Shown here: one piece after another, positions 17,047-39,515 of the stretch
Numbering within the stretch: the stretch's first letter is position 1
Layout of the letters: each line of letters opens with the position of its first letter
Assembly (NCBI GenBank): GCA_009914755.4
Contig: CP086569.2
Location: 20,064,001 to 20,128,000, forward strand
From: the human T2T-CHM13v2.0 reference genome, Homo sapiens
Direction: 5' to 3'
DNA length: 64,000 bases
The notes under the pieces: generated by a model
Seen by the model: the letters and a program-made list of their open reading frames with translations, nothing else
Database searches by the model: none
What the model was told of the DNA's origin: nothing
Made by a program: the position numbers and the translations under genes

Positions 17047-17109
17047 AGACCATTCATGCTAGAAAGAAAGTGCATCAACTAATGAGTAAAATAACCAGCT
17101 AACATCATA

Positions 17110-20942
<3,833 letters not shown>

Positions 20943-21156
20943 AACAATGAGAACATTTGGACACTGGAAGGGGTACATCACACACAGGGGCCTGTCGTGG
21001 GGTGGGGAGAGGAGGGAGAGATAGCATTAAGAGATATACTTCATGTAAATGACCAGTTAATGGGTGCAGCACACCAACATGACACATGTATACATATGTA
21101 ACAAACCTGCACATTGTGCACATGTGCCCTAGAACTTAAAGTATAATAATAAAAAA

Positions 21157-21540
21157 CGTTCCTGTAGAATCGGAAGGAACTATTTATAAGGAGAGTCAGG
21201 AAGACTGCCAAATATCTGGTTGCCCAAACATTTGAACTCTGCATTAAACCAAGACTTAAAATTCCTGCAGAATCAGGAAGGAACTATTTACACTGACTCC
21301 AAATATGCCTTCTGAGTAGTCCATACCTTTGGGAAAATATAGACTGAATGAGGCCTTGTAAGTAGTAAGGGTCAAGATATGGTCCACAAGGAATTAATTA
21401 TGCAAATGCTAGAAAATCTTCAGCTGCTGGAAGAAATTGCAGTTGTCCATGTCCCAGGACACCAAAACAACCCTTCTCTGAAAGCCAGGGAAATAACCTC
21501 CTAGATCAAATAGCTAAGCAAGATGTCTATTCCCATGAGG
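21157..21540 (+). pseudogene. ERV pol RNase H C-terminal part, continuing after the L1
   Basis: Translates …KELFTLTPNMPSE (=IYTDSKYAF)…LIMQMLENLQLLEEIAVVHVPGHQNN… This matches MLV RNase H …YTDSRYAF…[25 protein letters not shown]. Confidence 0.6.
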
Positions 21541-22480
21541 CCCCTATTTTTTATCTAATCCCTTGTCCTCCCCCTCCAGTTGTGATCCCCATCTTCTCCC
21601 ACAAAGACCAAGAGAAACTACAGAAAATAGGAGCTAAGGAAAGTCCAGAGGGAAAGTGTGTACTACCAGATGAAAGGGAAATGCTGTCTAAACCCCTTAT
21701 AAGGGAAATATTGTCACAGCCTCATCAAGTAACTGAGGTCATAAGGCTATGTGTGATTTTGTCCTCAGAGTCTATGGGTGTGTAGGGATATACAACCTCC
21801 ACAGGAAAGTGGCAGCTGGTTCCACAATGTGCAGAAAAAGTAATAGGCAAATCCAAAAGAAGCAAACTCCCAGGGTAAGAAACCCAGAATTGAAGCCATT
21901 CCAAAGTGTCCAAGTTGACTAAACTGAAATGCCCTCAATAGGCCACCTCAAGTATTTTCTAGTAATAGTAGACCATCTCTCCCCCTGGGTAGAAGACATG
22001 CCTTTCCCAGGCACAGTGGCCAGTGATGTAGTCAAAGCCCTGTGGAAGCATATCATACCCGGGTTTGGACTAATAGAGAACACTGATTCAGTCAATGGAA
22101 CCCACCCCACTGCACACATCATTAAGGGGCTGACCTAGGCATTAGAAATACTTCCTAGCATTAATCCTCATCAGGGAAAGTAGAAAGAATCAATCAAACT
22201 CTAAATAATCACCTAACCAAGATGCCATGCCTTTCCAGACTGAACCAATGTACATTTTACATATACCGACTGATGTCTCATGTCTCCCTAAAATTTATAA
22301 ACACTGTTACCATGAGAAAACACCTTTCAATTGATTTACTAAGAATCCAAATTGCCCTTGAAAAAATCCTGATCTCCAGGCTGCCTTATCTAAAATCCAC
22401 TACTGACCTTCCTACTTTTGAAACAAAATATCAATTTCTCAAAAACTATATGTTGGTCTGTCTTCCACCCTTTCTTCCCT
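21540..22480 (+). pseudogene. ERV pol integrase remnant
   Basis: ORF 21929-22138 gives HLKYFLVIVDHLSPWVEDMPFPGTVASDVVKALWKHIIPGFG (the IN catalytic core: [20 protein letters not shown]… in MLV). Downstream lies GIRNTS.H.SSSGKVERINQTLNNHLTK (= [32 protein letters not shown]). Confidence 0.7.
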
Positions 22481-22499
22481 CAGGACTCAAGGACTCCTA

Positions 22500-24620
22500 G
22501 CGCAAACTGCAATACTTGAATTCCTCACCAGACCAGAGATTATGTCCTTTTCAAAAGTTAGAAGGAGGAAAATCTTGAACCAACCTGGTAAGGACTTTAT
22601 CTAGTACTTCTAAATACTGAGACAGCAATCCAAATGGGCAAAAAGGGATGGACCTATCACACTTGAGTAAAAAATGCCCCACCCCTTGCACAGTCATGGA
22701 CCATAACTCCAGGATGAATGCCTCTAAACTAACATTCAAAAGGATTTAGTCTGTCTTTTTCTTCTTCCTTTAGCTACCCAAGGACATCTTATAATCAATA
22801 TAACTTGGTCACCCTCTTCTCAAACAATTACTTTTGATGCTTGTCTTGTCATGCCCTGTGGGGAACACCAGAGTCAAAAACAGCTAGCTTATTCAGAAAA
22901 GTACCTCTGCCCCTCCACCCCCATCAGACAGACCAGCAGCCCCAGTCCTTGCAATCAGTGACCACAAACCTTCTTGGGGTTATGTTATAGTTGGGGTGAT
23001 GTTATCTGGACCATCCAATATCAGGCTGGTCCTTTTCGGGGGACTGCACTACCCTAAAATCTTACATCCACTTTACCAAAGGAGACACACCCTCAAATTG
23101 CCAAAACCACCAGTGTGACCCAGTATTTCTCAGTATTCTTATTCCCACCTCAACCGACCCTAATACCACTTTAGAGTGCCTTTATAGACTAGAAGTAGAT
23201 GTCACTGTAAAAGACCCCACAGGTGCCTTTGAAATAAGCCTTATTCCTCTTCCTCCATCTCCCACCATTACTCCCTCCACAAACAAACAGAATCAAACAA
23301 TTTCTTCATTCATGCCAAATGACAAAACCAAAGTAGCTATATTAGAGAACAAGGGCTTAAAGTAAACCATAGAAATAGAAGCCGGGTATTGAGATGTAAA
23401 TGCCTGGCTGGAATAGATTAAATATTCCATTCACAATCTAAATAAAAGTGATTGTTACACTTGTGCAATGGGTAGGCCAGAAATCCAAATTGTTCCCTTT
23501 CCACTTGGATGGGCCGATCAACCAGGCATGAACTGTATGGTAGCTTCCTTCCAGCACTCCACAGCCTGGGGAAACAAGTCATGCACCACTCTTTCACTAC
23601 TTTTCTAAAAGGTTGTGAGCCCTATTGGACAACACCCAAGGGCCATTAGATTTCCAACTCTAGATGTCAATTTTATCTCGTGTCTCTCATGGCAAGGGAA
23701 AAATTTGACATTCCTTGGAAACCTAACTGGACGTAGTGGGCCTAAACATTTTCAAGAAGCTAACCAGTCTGTCGGCCTTAGTCCATCCCAAAGTGGATGC
23801 GTGATGTTATTGTGGGGGGGGGGCAATATTGAGTACACTGTCAAACAACTGGAGTGGCACTGGTATTGTAATCCAATTGGCCATTGCTTTCAACTTGGCA
23901 TTTCATCAAGAAGAGAGGAAGCAGCTAACCAGGAAAAAAAGAGAAGCCCCTCACATGTCCCTTAACCCATATGTTTACATAGACAGTATCAGGGTCCTGT
24001 GGTGGGTGTTAAATAAATTCAAACCTTGAAACCAAATGGCCACTGGTTTTGAGTCTGTCTTATTCTGGTGGTCCACTATAAACAATAATGTAAACTGGAT
24101 AAATTATATATACTACTGTCAACAACAATTCATCCATTATACCAGAGAAGCCATAAAGGAATAGTTAAACAATTAGGTCCTATGAGCCAAATGGCCTGAG
24201 AAAATAGAATAACCCTTGACATAATATTAGCCAAAAAGGGTGGAGTCTGTGTCATGATTAGGGTCCAGTGTTGTACATTCATCCCTAATAATACAGCTTC
24301 CAATGGGGCAACACAAAAACCTTACAATGCCTTATAACCCAAGCAAATGAATCAGCTGAAAACTATGGAATGGAGTACCCCTTTACAGGCCTGATAGAAA
24401 GGATGTTTGGAAAATGAAAGGGACTTATGACATCAATCATTACTTCCCTTGCAATTGTTACAGGTGCACTCATTCTTGTGGGCTACTGTATCATACATTG
24501 TATTTGTGAGTTAACAGAAAGGCTCACAAAAACCTCACCTACCTCTCCCACTTGTACACAGATAAGCTTTTGCTCCAAGATGATCAAGAAAAACAACAAA
24601 CCAAATCCTGTTAAAGAAAT
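22500..24620 (+). pseudogene. ERV env remnant (SU plus TM)
   Basis: The TM CX6CC motif is encoded at about 24234-24290 (KGGVCVMIRVQCCTFIPNNTASNGA). A hydrophobic membrane anchor, ITSLAIVTGALILVGYCIIHCICEL, lies in ORF 24427-24624. The upstream frame has many stops. Confidence 0.6.
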
Positions 24621-24639
24621 TTGAAGAGGAAGAATTATA

Positions 24640-24660
24640 AAACAGAAGAAGGGAAATTGT
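24640..24660 (+). promoter_or_regulatory. Polypurine tract (plus-strand primer site) abutting the 3' LTR
   Basis: aaaacagaagaagggaaa immediately precedes the first base of the 3' LTR. Confidence 0.4.
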
Positions 24661-25003
24661 TGGGACAACTAAGTTCCTCTTCAAAGTCTCAGCTTTCTGG
24701 TCATAAATTGTAAACCAATCCTACCCCTCCTTTTCTTTCAAAAACCATGCATTTACCCTATTTGGAAAAGTTTAAGTCTTAGCCAATCAGGATCACCTTA
24801 GATTATGTGGTCCAACCCCAGCCAATAGGAGAAGGACACAGAAACAGAAACTGCATTACAAATAAAAAAACCCTTCTCTCCGTTGTTTGGTGTGCTTTTG
24901 CAATTGCATCAGGTGCAGACTTTAGAAGTAAAATTGCCTTGCTGAGAAATTTTCTTTCTAAGCATGGATTTCTTTTGGCTATGCTGAGCACTTGTTTTCA
25001 ACA
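24661..25003 (+). repeat. ERV 3' LTR
   Basis: TGGGACAACTAAGTTCC… …ttttcaaca. It is homologous to 12212-12562 along its length. Confidence 0.7.
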
Positions 25004-25137
25004 TACCAAAACCAAGATGGTGTTGACAATGACCTTGGGTCCTTCTCACTGCTACACTTCCAACAGTATCATGACAGTTTACAATGTCAATGTCATGGCA
25101 ATGTCAGAAATTTACTCTATATCAAACCAGAAAATCT

Positions 25138-25830
25138 GAGACAGGTCTCAGTTAATTTAGAAAGTTTATATTGCCAAGGTTTTGCCTGTGACACAGCCTC
25201 AGGAAGTCCTGATGACATGTGCCCAAGGTAGCCAAAGGACAGCTTGATTTTATACATTTTAGGAAGACAGGAGATATCAGTCAGTACATGTAAAAAGTAC
25301 ATTGGTTCAGTCTGGAAAGGTGTGGCATCATGAAGCAAGGGCAGGAAGACTTCAAGCATGGAGGGAGCTTTCAGGTCTTGGATAGATGAGACAAAAACAA
25401 TTGCATTATTTTGACTTTCTCATTAGCTGTTCCAAAGGAGACAATCAGATATGTATCTGTCTTAGTGAACAGAATAACTTTAAATAGACTGAGATGTGGG
25501 TTTGCCCTAAGCAGTTTCCAGCTTGACTTTTTCTTAGTGATTTTGGGGGTCCAAGATAATTTCTTTTCACACCTACATGGTCTCAAAAGGGAAGGAATGA
25601 GTAATCCATCCCTTGTTTAGCATATCATCAAGAAATAATGATAAAAATGGGAAATCAGCAGGCCTTGGCACTGCTCTGTCTATGGAGTAGCCAATCTTTT
25701 ATTCTATTACTTTCTTAATAAACTTACTTTGCTTTGCACAATGGATTCACCCTGAATTCTTTATTGTACAAGATCCAAGAACCCTCCTTTGGGGCCTTGA
25801 TTACTACACCTTTCCTTTAACAAAATGAAT
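25138..25830 (+). repeat. Unclassified LTR-like element (tentative)
   Basis: Starts tgagacaggtctcagttaatttagaaagtttatattgccaagg, which is LTR-terminus-like. An AATAAA (aataaacttactttgctttgcac) sits about 650 bp downstream, as in an R/U5 region. The family is not recognised with confidence. Confidence 0.3.
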
Positions 25831-26455
25831 GAAGTTGAGCCATGGCAAAGACTGTCTACTTTCTGTTCTTCCTCAATACATAGTGATACCATTGATTTAC
25901 CATTATGAAACCAAATAATTCAATACAACTCTCTGATGATTATTTTTGACTCAGTCACATTTTTATGAAGTCTAAAAATTAAAAGCAGACAAAAGGCAAA
26001 ACTCTAGGGAAAGTCAAAAGATCAGTGTTTGCCAGCGCCCTGGGGGAGAGAGAGGAGGAGGAATACAGGAAGCATAAGTGATTTTGATGGCAGTGAAACT
26101 TCTGTATAATATATGCAGACAGTATCTTGTATCTGCAAGACTTTCTCTGTTTGTCATAACCCATGGGACTGCACAGCACAAAGAGTGAACCCTCATGGAA
26201 CCTGTGAACTCTGGTTAATGATGTGTCCCACTGTCAGCTCAGTAATTGTAACATGTGTACCATAATAAGGCAAGTTGTCAAGCATGGGGCAAACTATGTT
26301 GTATATACAGGAAAGAGGGTCTAGGAGAACACTCTGGACTTCCTGCTCAATTTTTTTATAAACTTGAAACTGCACCCTAAGCAAAGTTTATTCATTTAAA
26401 CAATTGAGTAAGTGGCCTTTGCAGGAACTTGGATGGACTTGGAGGCCATTATTCC

Positions 26456-26817
26456 TTTATTTTTTTTTCTTGAGACTTTTCAGACAACAAAGTTCCTCTT
26501 TAAAGACTCAACTTCCTGGTGATAAGTTGGAAAAGTTGTAAAACCACCCTATCTCCTTCTCCTTCCCTCTTCTCCTTTTCTCATAATTGTGCTTTTACTC
26601 TATTTCAAAAAACGTTAGGCCTAAACCAACTGGGATGAGAAGTAAAGTTGTCTTGCTGAGAAATTTTCTGTCTGAGTGCTATTTTTTTTTTTTGGCTATG
26701 CCAAGCACTTGCTTCTGACAAGGTGGAGTCTTGCTCTGTTACCCAGGCTGGAGTACAGTGGCAAGATCACAGCTCACTGCAATCTCTGCATCCCAGGTTC
26801 AAGTGATTCTTCTGCAG
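26456..26817 (-). mobile_element. TSD-flanked retro-insertion of a composite sequence, minus-strand oriented. It has an Alu 3'-end fragment at its 5' side, about 230 bp antisense to the ERV LTR family, and a poly(A) tail.
   Basis: The same 13 bp, GAGGCCATTATTC, occurs at 26443-26455 and at 26818-26830. A poly(T) run (ttatttttttttc) lies next to the left copy. The interior is homologous to both ends of the LTR at 12212-12562 / 24661-25003, with the U3 middle missing. It also contains the last roughly 95 bp of an Alu. Confidence 0.5.
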
Positions 26818-27074
26818 AGGCCATTATTCAAAGTGAAATAACTCAGGAATGAAAAACTAAATATCTGTGATAGTAAGTGGAGTACATTCTTACTTACAAG
26901 TGGAAGCTAAGCCATGAGGATACAAAGACATAAGAGTGACATAATAAACTTTGGGAATTTGTGGGGAAGAGGAGGAAGAGGTGAGGGAAAAAAGACTACA
27001 TATTGGATATAGTGCACACTGGTCAGGTGTCAGGTGCATGAAAATCTCAGAAATGACCACAAAAGAACTTATCT

Positions 27075-27440
27075 ATGTGATATGGTTTGGCTATGTCTCC
27101 ACCCATATCACATCTTGAATTGTAGTCCCCATAATTCCCACATATCATGGGAGGACCCAGTGGGAGGTAATTGAATCACCGTGTGGTGTCTTTCCTGTGC
27201 AATTCTCCTAATAGTAAGTCTCATGAGATTTGATGGTATTATAATTGGGAGTTTCCTGTACATGCTCTTTTGCCTGTTGCCATGTAAGACATGAATTTGC
27301 TTCTCCTTTGCCATATGCCATGATTGTGAAGTGTTCCCAGACATGTAGAACTGTGAGTCCTTAAGCCTCTTTCCTTTATAAATTACCCATTCTTGGGTGT
27401 GTCTGTATTAGCAGCATGAGAACAGGCCAATACACTAGGT
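27075..27440 (+). mobile_element. Solo MaLR LTR (THE1/MST-like)
   Basis: tgatatggtttggctatgtctccacccatatcacatcttgaattgtagtccccataattcccacat…gggaggtaattgaatcac… …ccatgattgtgaagtgttcccagacatgtagaactgtgagtccttaagcctctttcctttataaattacccattcttgggtgtgtctgtattagcagcatgagaacaggccaatacac. A possible 4-bp TSD, GTGA, is present. It is inserted inside the old L1 3' end. Confidence 0.7.
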
Positions 27441-27591
27441 GACAAAAAAACTACTTGTTTCCAAAAAACTATTGAAACAAAATTTTAAAACTTTAAAAAC
27501 TGAAAAATAGAATAAAACTAGAAAACTAAATAAAATAGACAAAAGAAAAACCACCCACCTTGCCCCTGTATATTTTCTTTTTTAAAAAAAC

Positions 27592-27593
<2 letters not shown>

Positions 27594-27650
<57 letters not shown>
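27594..27650. repeat. (TA)n dinucleotide microsatellite of about 29 units
   Basis: Seen directly. It lies at the junction between the old L1 tail and the poly(A) end of the minus-strand L1. Confidence 0.95.
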
Positions 27651-33755
<6,105 letters not shown>

Positions 33756-33875
33756 CACCCCTGTATGTTTTCTAAACAACTCTTTTCATTATAAGAATTA
33801 TGAAACAAATAAAAAATAGTCAAAAAATGCAGAGAGTCAAATTTTTAGTGAAACCAATAGTAATAAAAATAATAG

Positions 33876-34178
33876 GCTAAGTATGGTGGCTCATGCCTGT
33901 AATCCCAGCCCTTTGAAAAGTTGAGCCAGAAGGGACACTTGAGCCCAGGAGTTCAAGACCATCCTGGGCAAGATAGAAAGATGCCAAATCTACAAAAAGA
34001 TTTAAAATTAGCAAGGCATGACAGCACACGCCTGTTGTCCCAGCTACTAGGGAGGTTGAAGAATGAAGATGGTTTGTGTCTGGGAAGTTGAAGCTGCAGT
34101 GAGCCATGATTCACTCCACTGCACTCCAGCATGGGTGAGAGAATGAGATCCTGTCTCAAAAATAATAGTGATAATAAC
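33876..34178 (+). mobile_element. Alu SINE (older subfamily)
   Basis: ggctaagtatggtggctcatgcctgtaatcccagccctttg… …cactccactgcactccagcatgggtgagagaatgagatcctgtctcaaaaataat. Confidence 0.85.
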
Positions 34179-34633
34179 AAGCACACGTGTGACCTTACTT
34201 GGGGACTTTGTATTCAAGCTCTGGGATTCTGAAGTACTTTCAAGAGCAAGACTGGAATTAGTCCCGGTGATGAATTGATCCTCTGGGTAGGTTATGTATT
34301 TGAGCACATTCCCATCAGCTTGAGATTTTTCTGCTTTTGCCTACAAATTATCAATTTCATGCTTATGGCCATTACAGAGTAATTAACATATCAGATGCTT
34401 AGAAGTTTCAGTCCAATGTTAATGATAAATTGATATCCTTAAAGGGGCTATCTCTGGGCAAATATATTGTTTGTGGTTGTGCAAATGCTGATATTTCTAA
34501 ATACCATTCACTTTTTATTTTGCATTAAAGTGTGAACTTTAAAAGCAACTGTGCTTAGCAAAAAGTGTCCTTAAACTTTGTAAATGCTTACTGACTGGAT
34601 TTTCCTATATTTTTAGAAAAGAACTAATTTTAA

Positions 34634-34937
<304 letters not shown>

Positions 34938-34966
34938 GAATAACATATTTTTAAAAATGGTAACAG

Positions 34967-35105
34967 CCAGGTCCAGTGGCTTAAGACTTAATCCCAGCAT
35001 TTTGGGAGGCTAAGGTGGGAGGTTAGGTTGAGCCTAGGAGTTTGAGACCAGTCTGGACAACATGGCAAAACCCTGTCTCTACAGTAAAATAATAATAATA
35101 ATAAT
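34967..35105 (+). mobile_element. Alu left-monomer fragment (FLAM-like) followed by (AAT)n
   Basis: ccaggtccagtggcttaagacttaatcccagcattttgggaggctaaggtgggagg…gaccagtctggacaacatggcaaaaccctgtctctac, followed by taataataataataataat. Confidence 0.6.
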
Positions 35106-35406
35106 AATATTTTAAAATAATAATGACAATAATAAAGCATATTCATTTGAAATGATTGGGCATCCCAAACCAGTCTTCCTTATCTTTACACATTGTCAGC
35201 CAAAGGCAGGTTTTTAGCTACAATACAGATATACATTTTTCCGTCCAAATTCCCACTTTTCAAACCCAAAGCAAGCATACTACTCCAGACATTTAGAAGA
35301 ATTTGACAGAAAGTGTTTTCATTTTGTTAATGACATAAACTCCTGCATAACCATATTCCAAAATACTAAGTTATTGTTTGCTTGGGTGAAAGCATCAATT
35401 TTCTTT

Positions 35407-35530
35407 TTTATTGGACTCCCCAATAACTGGGATTACAGGTATGCACCACTATGCCCAGGTATTTTGTGTGTTTAGTATAGCTGGGGTTTCCTAATGTTTG
35501 TCAGGTTGGTCTCAAACTCCTCACCTCAGG
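35407..35530 (-). mobile_element. Alu fragment, antisense
   Basis: …actgggattacaggtatgcaccactatgcccagg…gtttgtcaggttggtctcaaactcctcacctcagg. Confidence 0.6.
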
Positions 35531-35881
35531 AGAAAGCATTCTTTGCTTTTTATTTCTTCTTTGACATTATGACTTTCAATCTGAGGCAGGCTCAAACAAG
35601 GTCTGTCAAGGAAAAACATTTGTTACAATGTTGCTTTCAATTCTCTCATGTCATTTCTCATAGTTGAAAAAAAAAAAAAAACTTCAGTTAAAGAGTTGAG
35701 ACCTGCTTCATCAAAACTTAAACCTTTATGCTTCAAAGAGACTGCCAAGAAAGGAAATGACAGTTACAGGGTGGGAGAAAATACTTGCACATCATATACC
35801 TGATAAAAGACTCATATCCATCATATAAAAATAATCCCTCTAAGGCGATAATTAAAGTATTTTTTCAATTCAATTTAAAGT

Positions 35882-36202
35882 GGCTAGGTCCAGGTGCAGT
35901 GACTCCCGCCTGTAATCTCAGCACTTTGGGAGTCTAAGGAAGGTGAATCACATGAGGCCAAGAGTTTGAGATCAGCCTGGCCAGCATGGTGAAACCCTGT
36001 CTCTATAAAAATACAATAAAAATTGGCTAGGTGTGGTGGCATGTGCCTGTAATCCTAGTTACTTCGGAGGCTGAGGCACTAGATTTGCTTGAGCCTGGGA
36101 GGCAGAGGTTGCGGTGAGGCAAGACAGTGCTATTGGACTCCGACCTGGATGACAGAGCAAGACTGTGCCTCCAAAAAATAAGAAATAAATAAAAATATAG
36201 GT
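35882..36202 (+). mobile_element. Alu SINE
   Basis: ggctaggtccaggtgcagtgactcccgcctgtaatctcagcactttgggag… …ggatgacagagcaagactgtgcctccaaaaaataagaaataaataaaaa. Confidence 0.85.
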
Positions 36203-36304
36203 CAGTAAAAGATTTGAATTGTACATTCTTCCAAAAAAGATATATAAGTAGCCAATAAACACATCACAAAATGTTATTAATAGCATCAATGACATGCAAA
36301 TTAA

Positions 36305-36950
36305 AGACACCATCTGAACACTTACACACTGCTAGTGAAAGTATAAATTAGTTCAGGCCTTGTGGAAAGCAGTTTGGAGATTTCTCAAAGAACTAGAACT
36401 AAAACTAACCCTTGATCCAGAAATTGCATGATTGAGTATCTGCCTAAAGAGAAAGAACTCATTCTACCAAAAATATATCTGCACTCACATGTTTATAGTA
36501 GTACTATTCACAATAGAAAAGACATGGCATGAAGCCAGGTGCCCATCAATGGTGGATAAAGAAAATGTGTTAAATACACATCATGCAATGCTACACATTC
36601 ATAAGAAAGAATGACATATTGCCTTTTGCAGCAATATGGATAGAGCTAGAGGACATTATTCTAAGTGAACTAACTAAAAAACAGATAATCAAATAATGCA
36701 TGTTCTTATTTCTAAGTGAGAGCTAAGCATTGGGTTCTCATTGGACACAAAGATGGAAACATTAGACACTGGAGACTTCTAGAAAGAGGAGAGAATGGAG
36801 CAAGGGTTAAACATCTAAACATTGGGTATTTTGTTCACTATGTGGGTGACATGTTCAACAGATGCTCAAACCTCAGCGTCATGCAATATAGCCATGTAAC
36901 AAACCTGCATATGCACCCCCTGTATCTAAATTCTTAAAAAAATCCAACAT
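36305..36950 (+). mobile_element. Old LINE-1 3'-end fragment (L1PB/L1MA-like)
   Basis: ORF2 C-terminal and 3'UTR-like sequence (…tactattcacaatagaaaagacatgg… …ggaggacattattctaagtgaactaactaaaaaacag… …atgtaacaaacctgcatatgcaccccctgtatctaaattcttaaaaaaa). Confidence 0.7.
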
Positions 36951-36979
36951 CAGATTCACTTCATTTCTGGCCCCTAGAA

Positions 36980-37115
36980 TGGCTAGAGACAAAGTCAGAT
37001 AATAACACTTGCTGGGGAGGATGTGTAGAAATCAGAGCCCTCCTACAGTGTTGGTGAGGATGTAAAATTGTGCAGCCACTGTGGAAAACAGTCTGATGGC
37101 TCCTTAAAATGGGAT
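36980..37115 (+). mobile_element. Short old L1 ORF2 C-terminal fragment
   Basis: gctggggaggatgtgtagaaatcagagccctcctacagtgttggtgaggatgtaaaattgtgcagccactgtggaaaacagtctgatggctcc matches the L1 GEDVEK…YTVGGNVK…CSHCGKQ region. Confidence 0.5.
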
Positions 37116-37987
37116 CCTTTGTAATTATTAAGGATATAAAGGGGTCCTGAGACTAAAAATTTGAGACCCACTACTTAATAAAAATATTGTCTAATACATA
37201 ACTTGAATTTGTTGAATTGTTTTGAATTCAATTGTTGTATTCAATAAAAAAGGGGAGACATCCTTTCTCTACAGAGAACTTGAATTTTGTCTTTATTTTC
37301 TCACCAAAGTCAATGAGAAAGACATATGAAGCCTCCTGTAATAGCCCCTAAATTATAAGAGACCAGATGAAATCCAGGTGATGACAGCATGAAACAGACA
37401 GTCTAAACAAAGTCATTTGCTAACATGGAGCTGTAACTATTTGTAAGCCAATGTTAAGTACTTTTCTTTACCATACTGTATGCTACAAAGTCAACTCTGA
37501 GATTGAAACTGGCTCTACCTCTGTTCAACACTAAGTACAGTTGTTACACAAGCCAGTGATTTTTTTTTATGAATAAAATTTTAAGAGAACACAAATACTC
37601 CTGTTGATTTAAGTATTGTCTATGTCTGTTTTCTGCTTCCTGGACAGAGTTGACCTGTTGCTACAGAGACTGCATGGCCTGCAAAGCCAAAAATATTTAG
37701 CATGTAGGCCTTTAGAGAGAAAGGCTAAATGATATGAATTATACCCAGATTTTGCAGAAATTGCAAGTGTAAGCTTGCAGAATGGAGATGCAAAAGGTAG
37801 AAATGGGCAGATCTGAGTTCAACAGGAATTTCAATGTTAGGGTGAGATCACTGGCCAAAGGGGCTTGCCCAGCTATGAAGTCATGCCAGGTCTGGTTTTG
37901 CTACATCAGAACACAGTCTGCTGCATGGGGCTGGGAGACTGAAAATAAAATCAGTTAATGGCCAGGTCGTATATAAAAATAGAATCC

Positions 37988-38308
37988 TGGGGTGGGCAGG
38001 GTGGCTCAGGCTTGGAATCCCAGCACTTTGGAGGTCGAGACAGATGGATCAGGAGGTCAGGAGATTGAACCATCCTGGCTAACAAGGTGAAACCCTGTCT
38101 CTACTAAAGGAAAAAAAAATACAGAAAAATTAGCCGGGCATGGTGGTAGGCACCTGTAGTTCCAGCTACTTGGGAGGCTGAGGCAGGAGAATGGCTTGAA
38201 CCTGGAGGCAGAGCTTGCAGTGAGCTGAGATTGCACCACTGCACTCCAGCCTGGGGGACAGAGCAAGACTCCATCTCAAAAAAGAAAGAAAGGAAAAAAA
38301 ATAGAACC
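37988..38308 (+). mobile_element. Alu SINE
   Basis: ggggtgggcagggtggctcaggcttggaatcccagcactttggaggtcgagacagatggatcaggaggtcaggagattgaaccatcctggctaacaaggtgaaaccctgtctctactaaa…, then an A-rich tail. Confidence 0.85.
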
Positions 38309-38699
38309 CTGACCCAAGATCTCTAGCAACCAGCCTGGAAATCAATCCATTGACTGTAATAGCCAGTCCAGAAAGCCAGCTTACTAACTATGAGTTACAC
38401 TTGTAGTGAGACAGACCAATGTCTGCAGTAGCAGTCCAGGGAGCTAAACAACAACCCCTGTAATCATTGGCCCCAAATGACCACGACTTGTTTAATATCT
38501 GAGAGCTTCCCTATTTTTGTCTTCACTTAGGGCCAACAAGTGACTGCCACATATGCACTTGTAACCAATAGCAAAGAATGTCCTGCCTCTAGTGAGCCTC
38601 CTATGGCTCCCTGTGCCAGCCACCTCCAGTCAGGGCACACCTGAAACCTTTCCTTTTCTCCTCTATGAAGCTGTCCTGCTTCTTTTTATGCCTGTGAGT

Positions 38700-39515
38700 C
38701 TGCAAAATGCTTTTAATAGATGAATAGGTGGATAGAAGGATGAATAGATATTGAATGGATAGATAAATGAATGATGGGTGGATTGATAGATCAATGGACA
38801 GAAAGATGCATAGATAATGGATGATTGGATGAACAGAAAAGGATAAATGGATGGATGGATGGTGAATAAATAGATAATCTGTAAATTAATGTATTGATGG
38901 ATGAATAGAAAATGGTCTAATGATGGATGAATGAATAGATGAAAGGAAGGATGGATATATAATGGATTGGTGAGTGATAGAATGACTGATAGATTGATGA
39001 ATGAAAATCTTCTGGATGGGTAAATGAACAGATAGGAGAATAGATTGATGGATGATTGATGGATGAATTGATAAATATATAATGAATGAATGGATGGATG
39101 AGTGGGTGGATTGATGGGTGAATGGATGTGTGGGTGGGTGGATGGGTGATTGATGGATGGAGGGAAGGATAAATGGTTAAGTGGCTGGACTGATGGATTA
39201 ATGGATGGATGATGGACAGATGAATAGATAATGTACACATGAATGGATGATGAATAAATCGGTGGGTGAATGGATAAATAGGTAATTTACAAATCAATGG
39301 GTAGATAGGTATATAACAGGTGAACAAATGGATAAACAGATGGGTGGTTGGATAGATATATAATGGGTGGATGGATGAATATATAATGAATGAATGAATG
39401 GATGGATGGATGGATTATGGGTGGGTTGACAGATGGATATATAATGTATGCATTAATGGATGGGTGGATGGAAAAATGGATGGATGGAAACATAGATGGA
39501 TGATGTGGCTGAACC
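38700..39515. repeat. Large imperfect tetranucleotide array, (GGAT)n/(GAAT)n/(GATA)n, about 0.8 kb
   Basis: Seen directly (…gatggatggatggatggtgaataaatagataat…). It generates the spurious minus-strand ORFs 38663-39238, 38917-39327 and 39287-39544, which read IHPSIHPS…. Confidence 0.9.

Larger units (their letters stand above)
26415..27590 (+). mobile_element. Old LINE-1 3'-end fragment (L1PB/L1M-like) that has taken two later insertions
   Basis: L1 ORF2-end/3'UTR sequence …ctttgcaggaacttggatggacttggaggccattattc… runs to …gaaaaactacatattggatatagtgcacactggtcaggtgtcaggtgcatgaaaatctcagaaatgaccacaaaagaacttatctatgtga. It resumes after the MaLR LTR as caaaaaaactacttgtttccaaaaaac… and then an A-rich tail. 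Confidence 0.6.

Noticed and set aside
26456-26817. The insert was considered as an SVA element because it combines an Alu-like piece, LTR-derived sequence and poly(A).
   Set aside because: It has no CCCTCT hexamer repeats, no VNTR, and no HERV-K SINE-R sequence. The LTR-like part matches the local class I ERV LTR family, in antisense.
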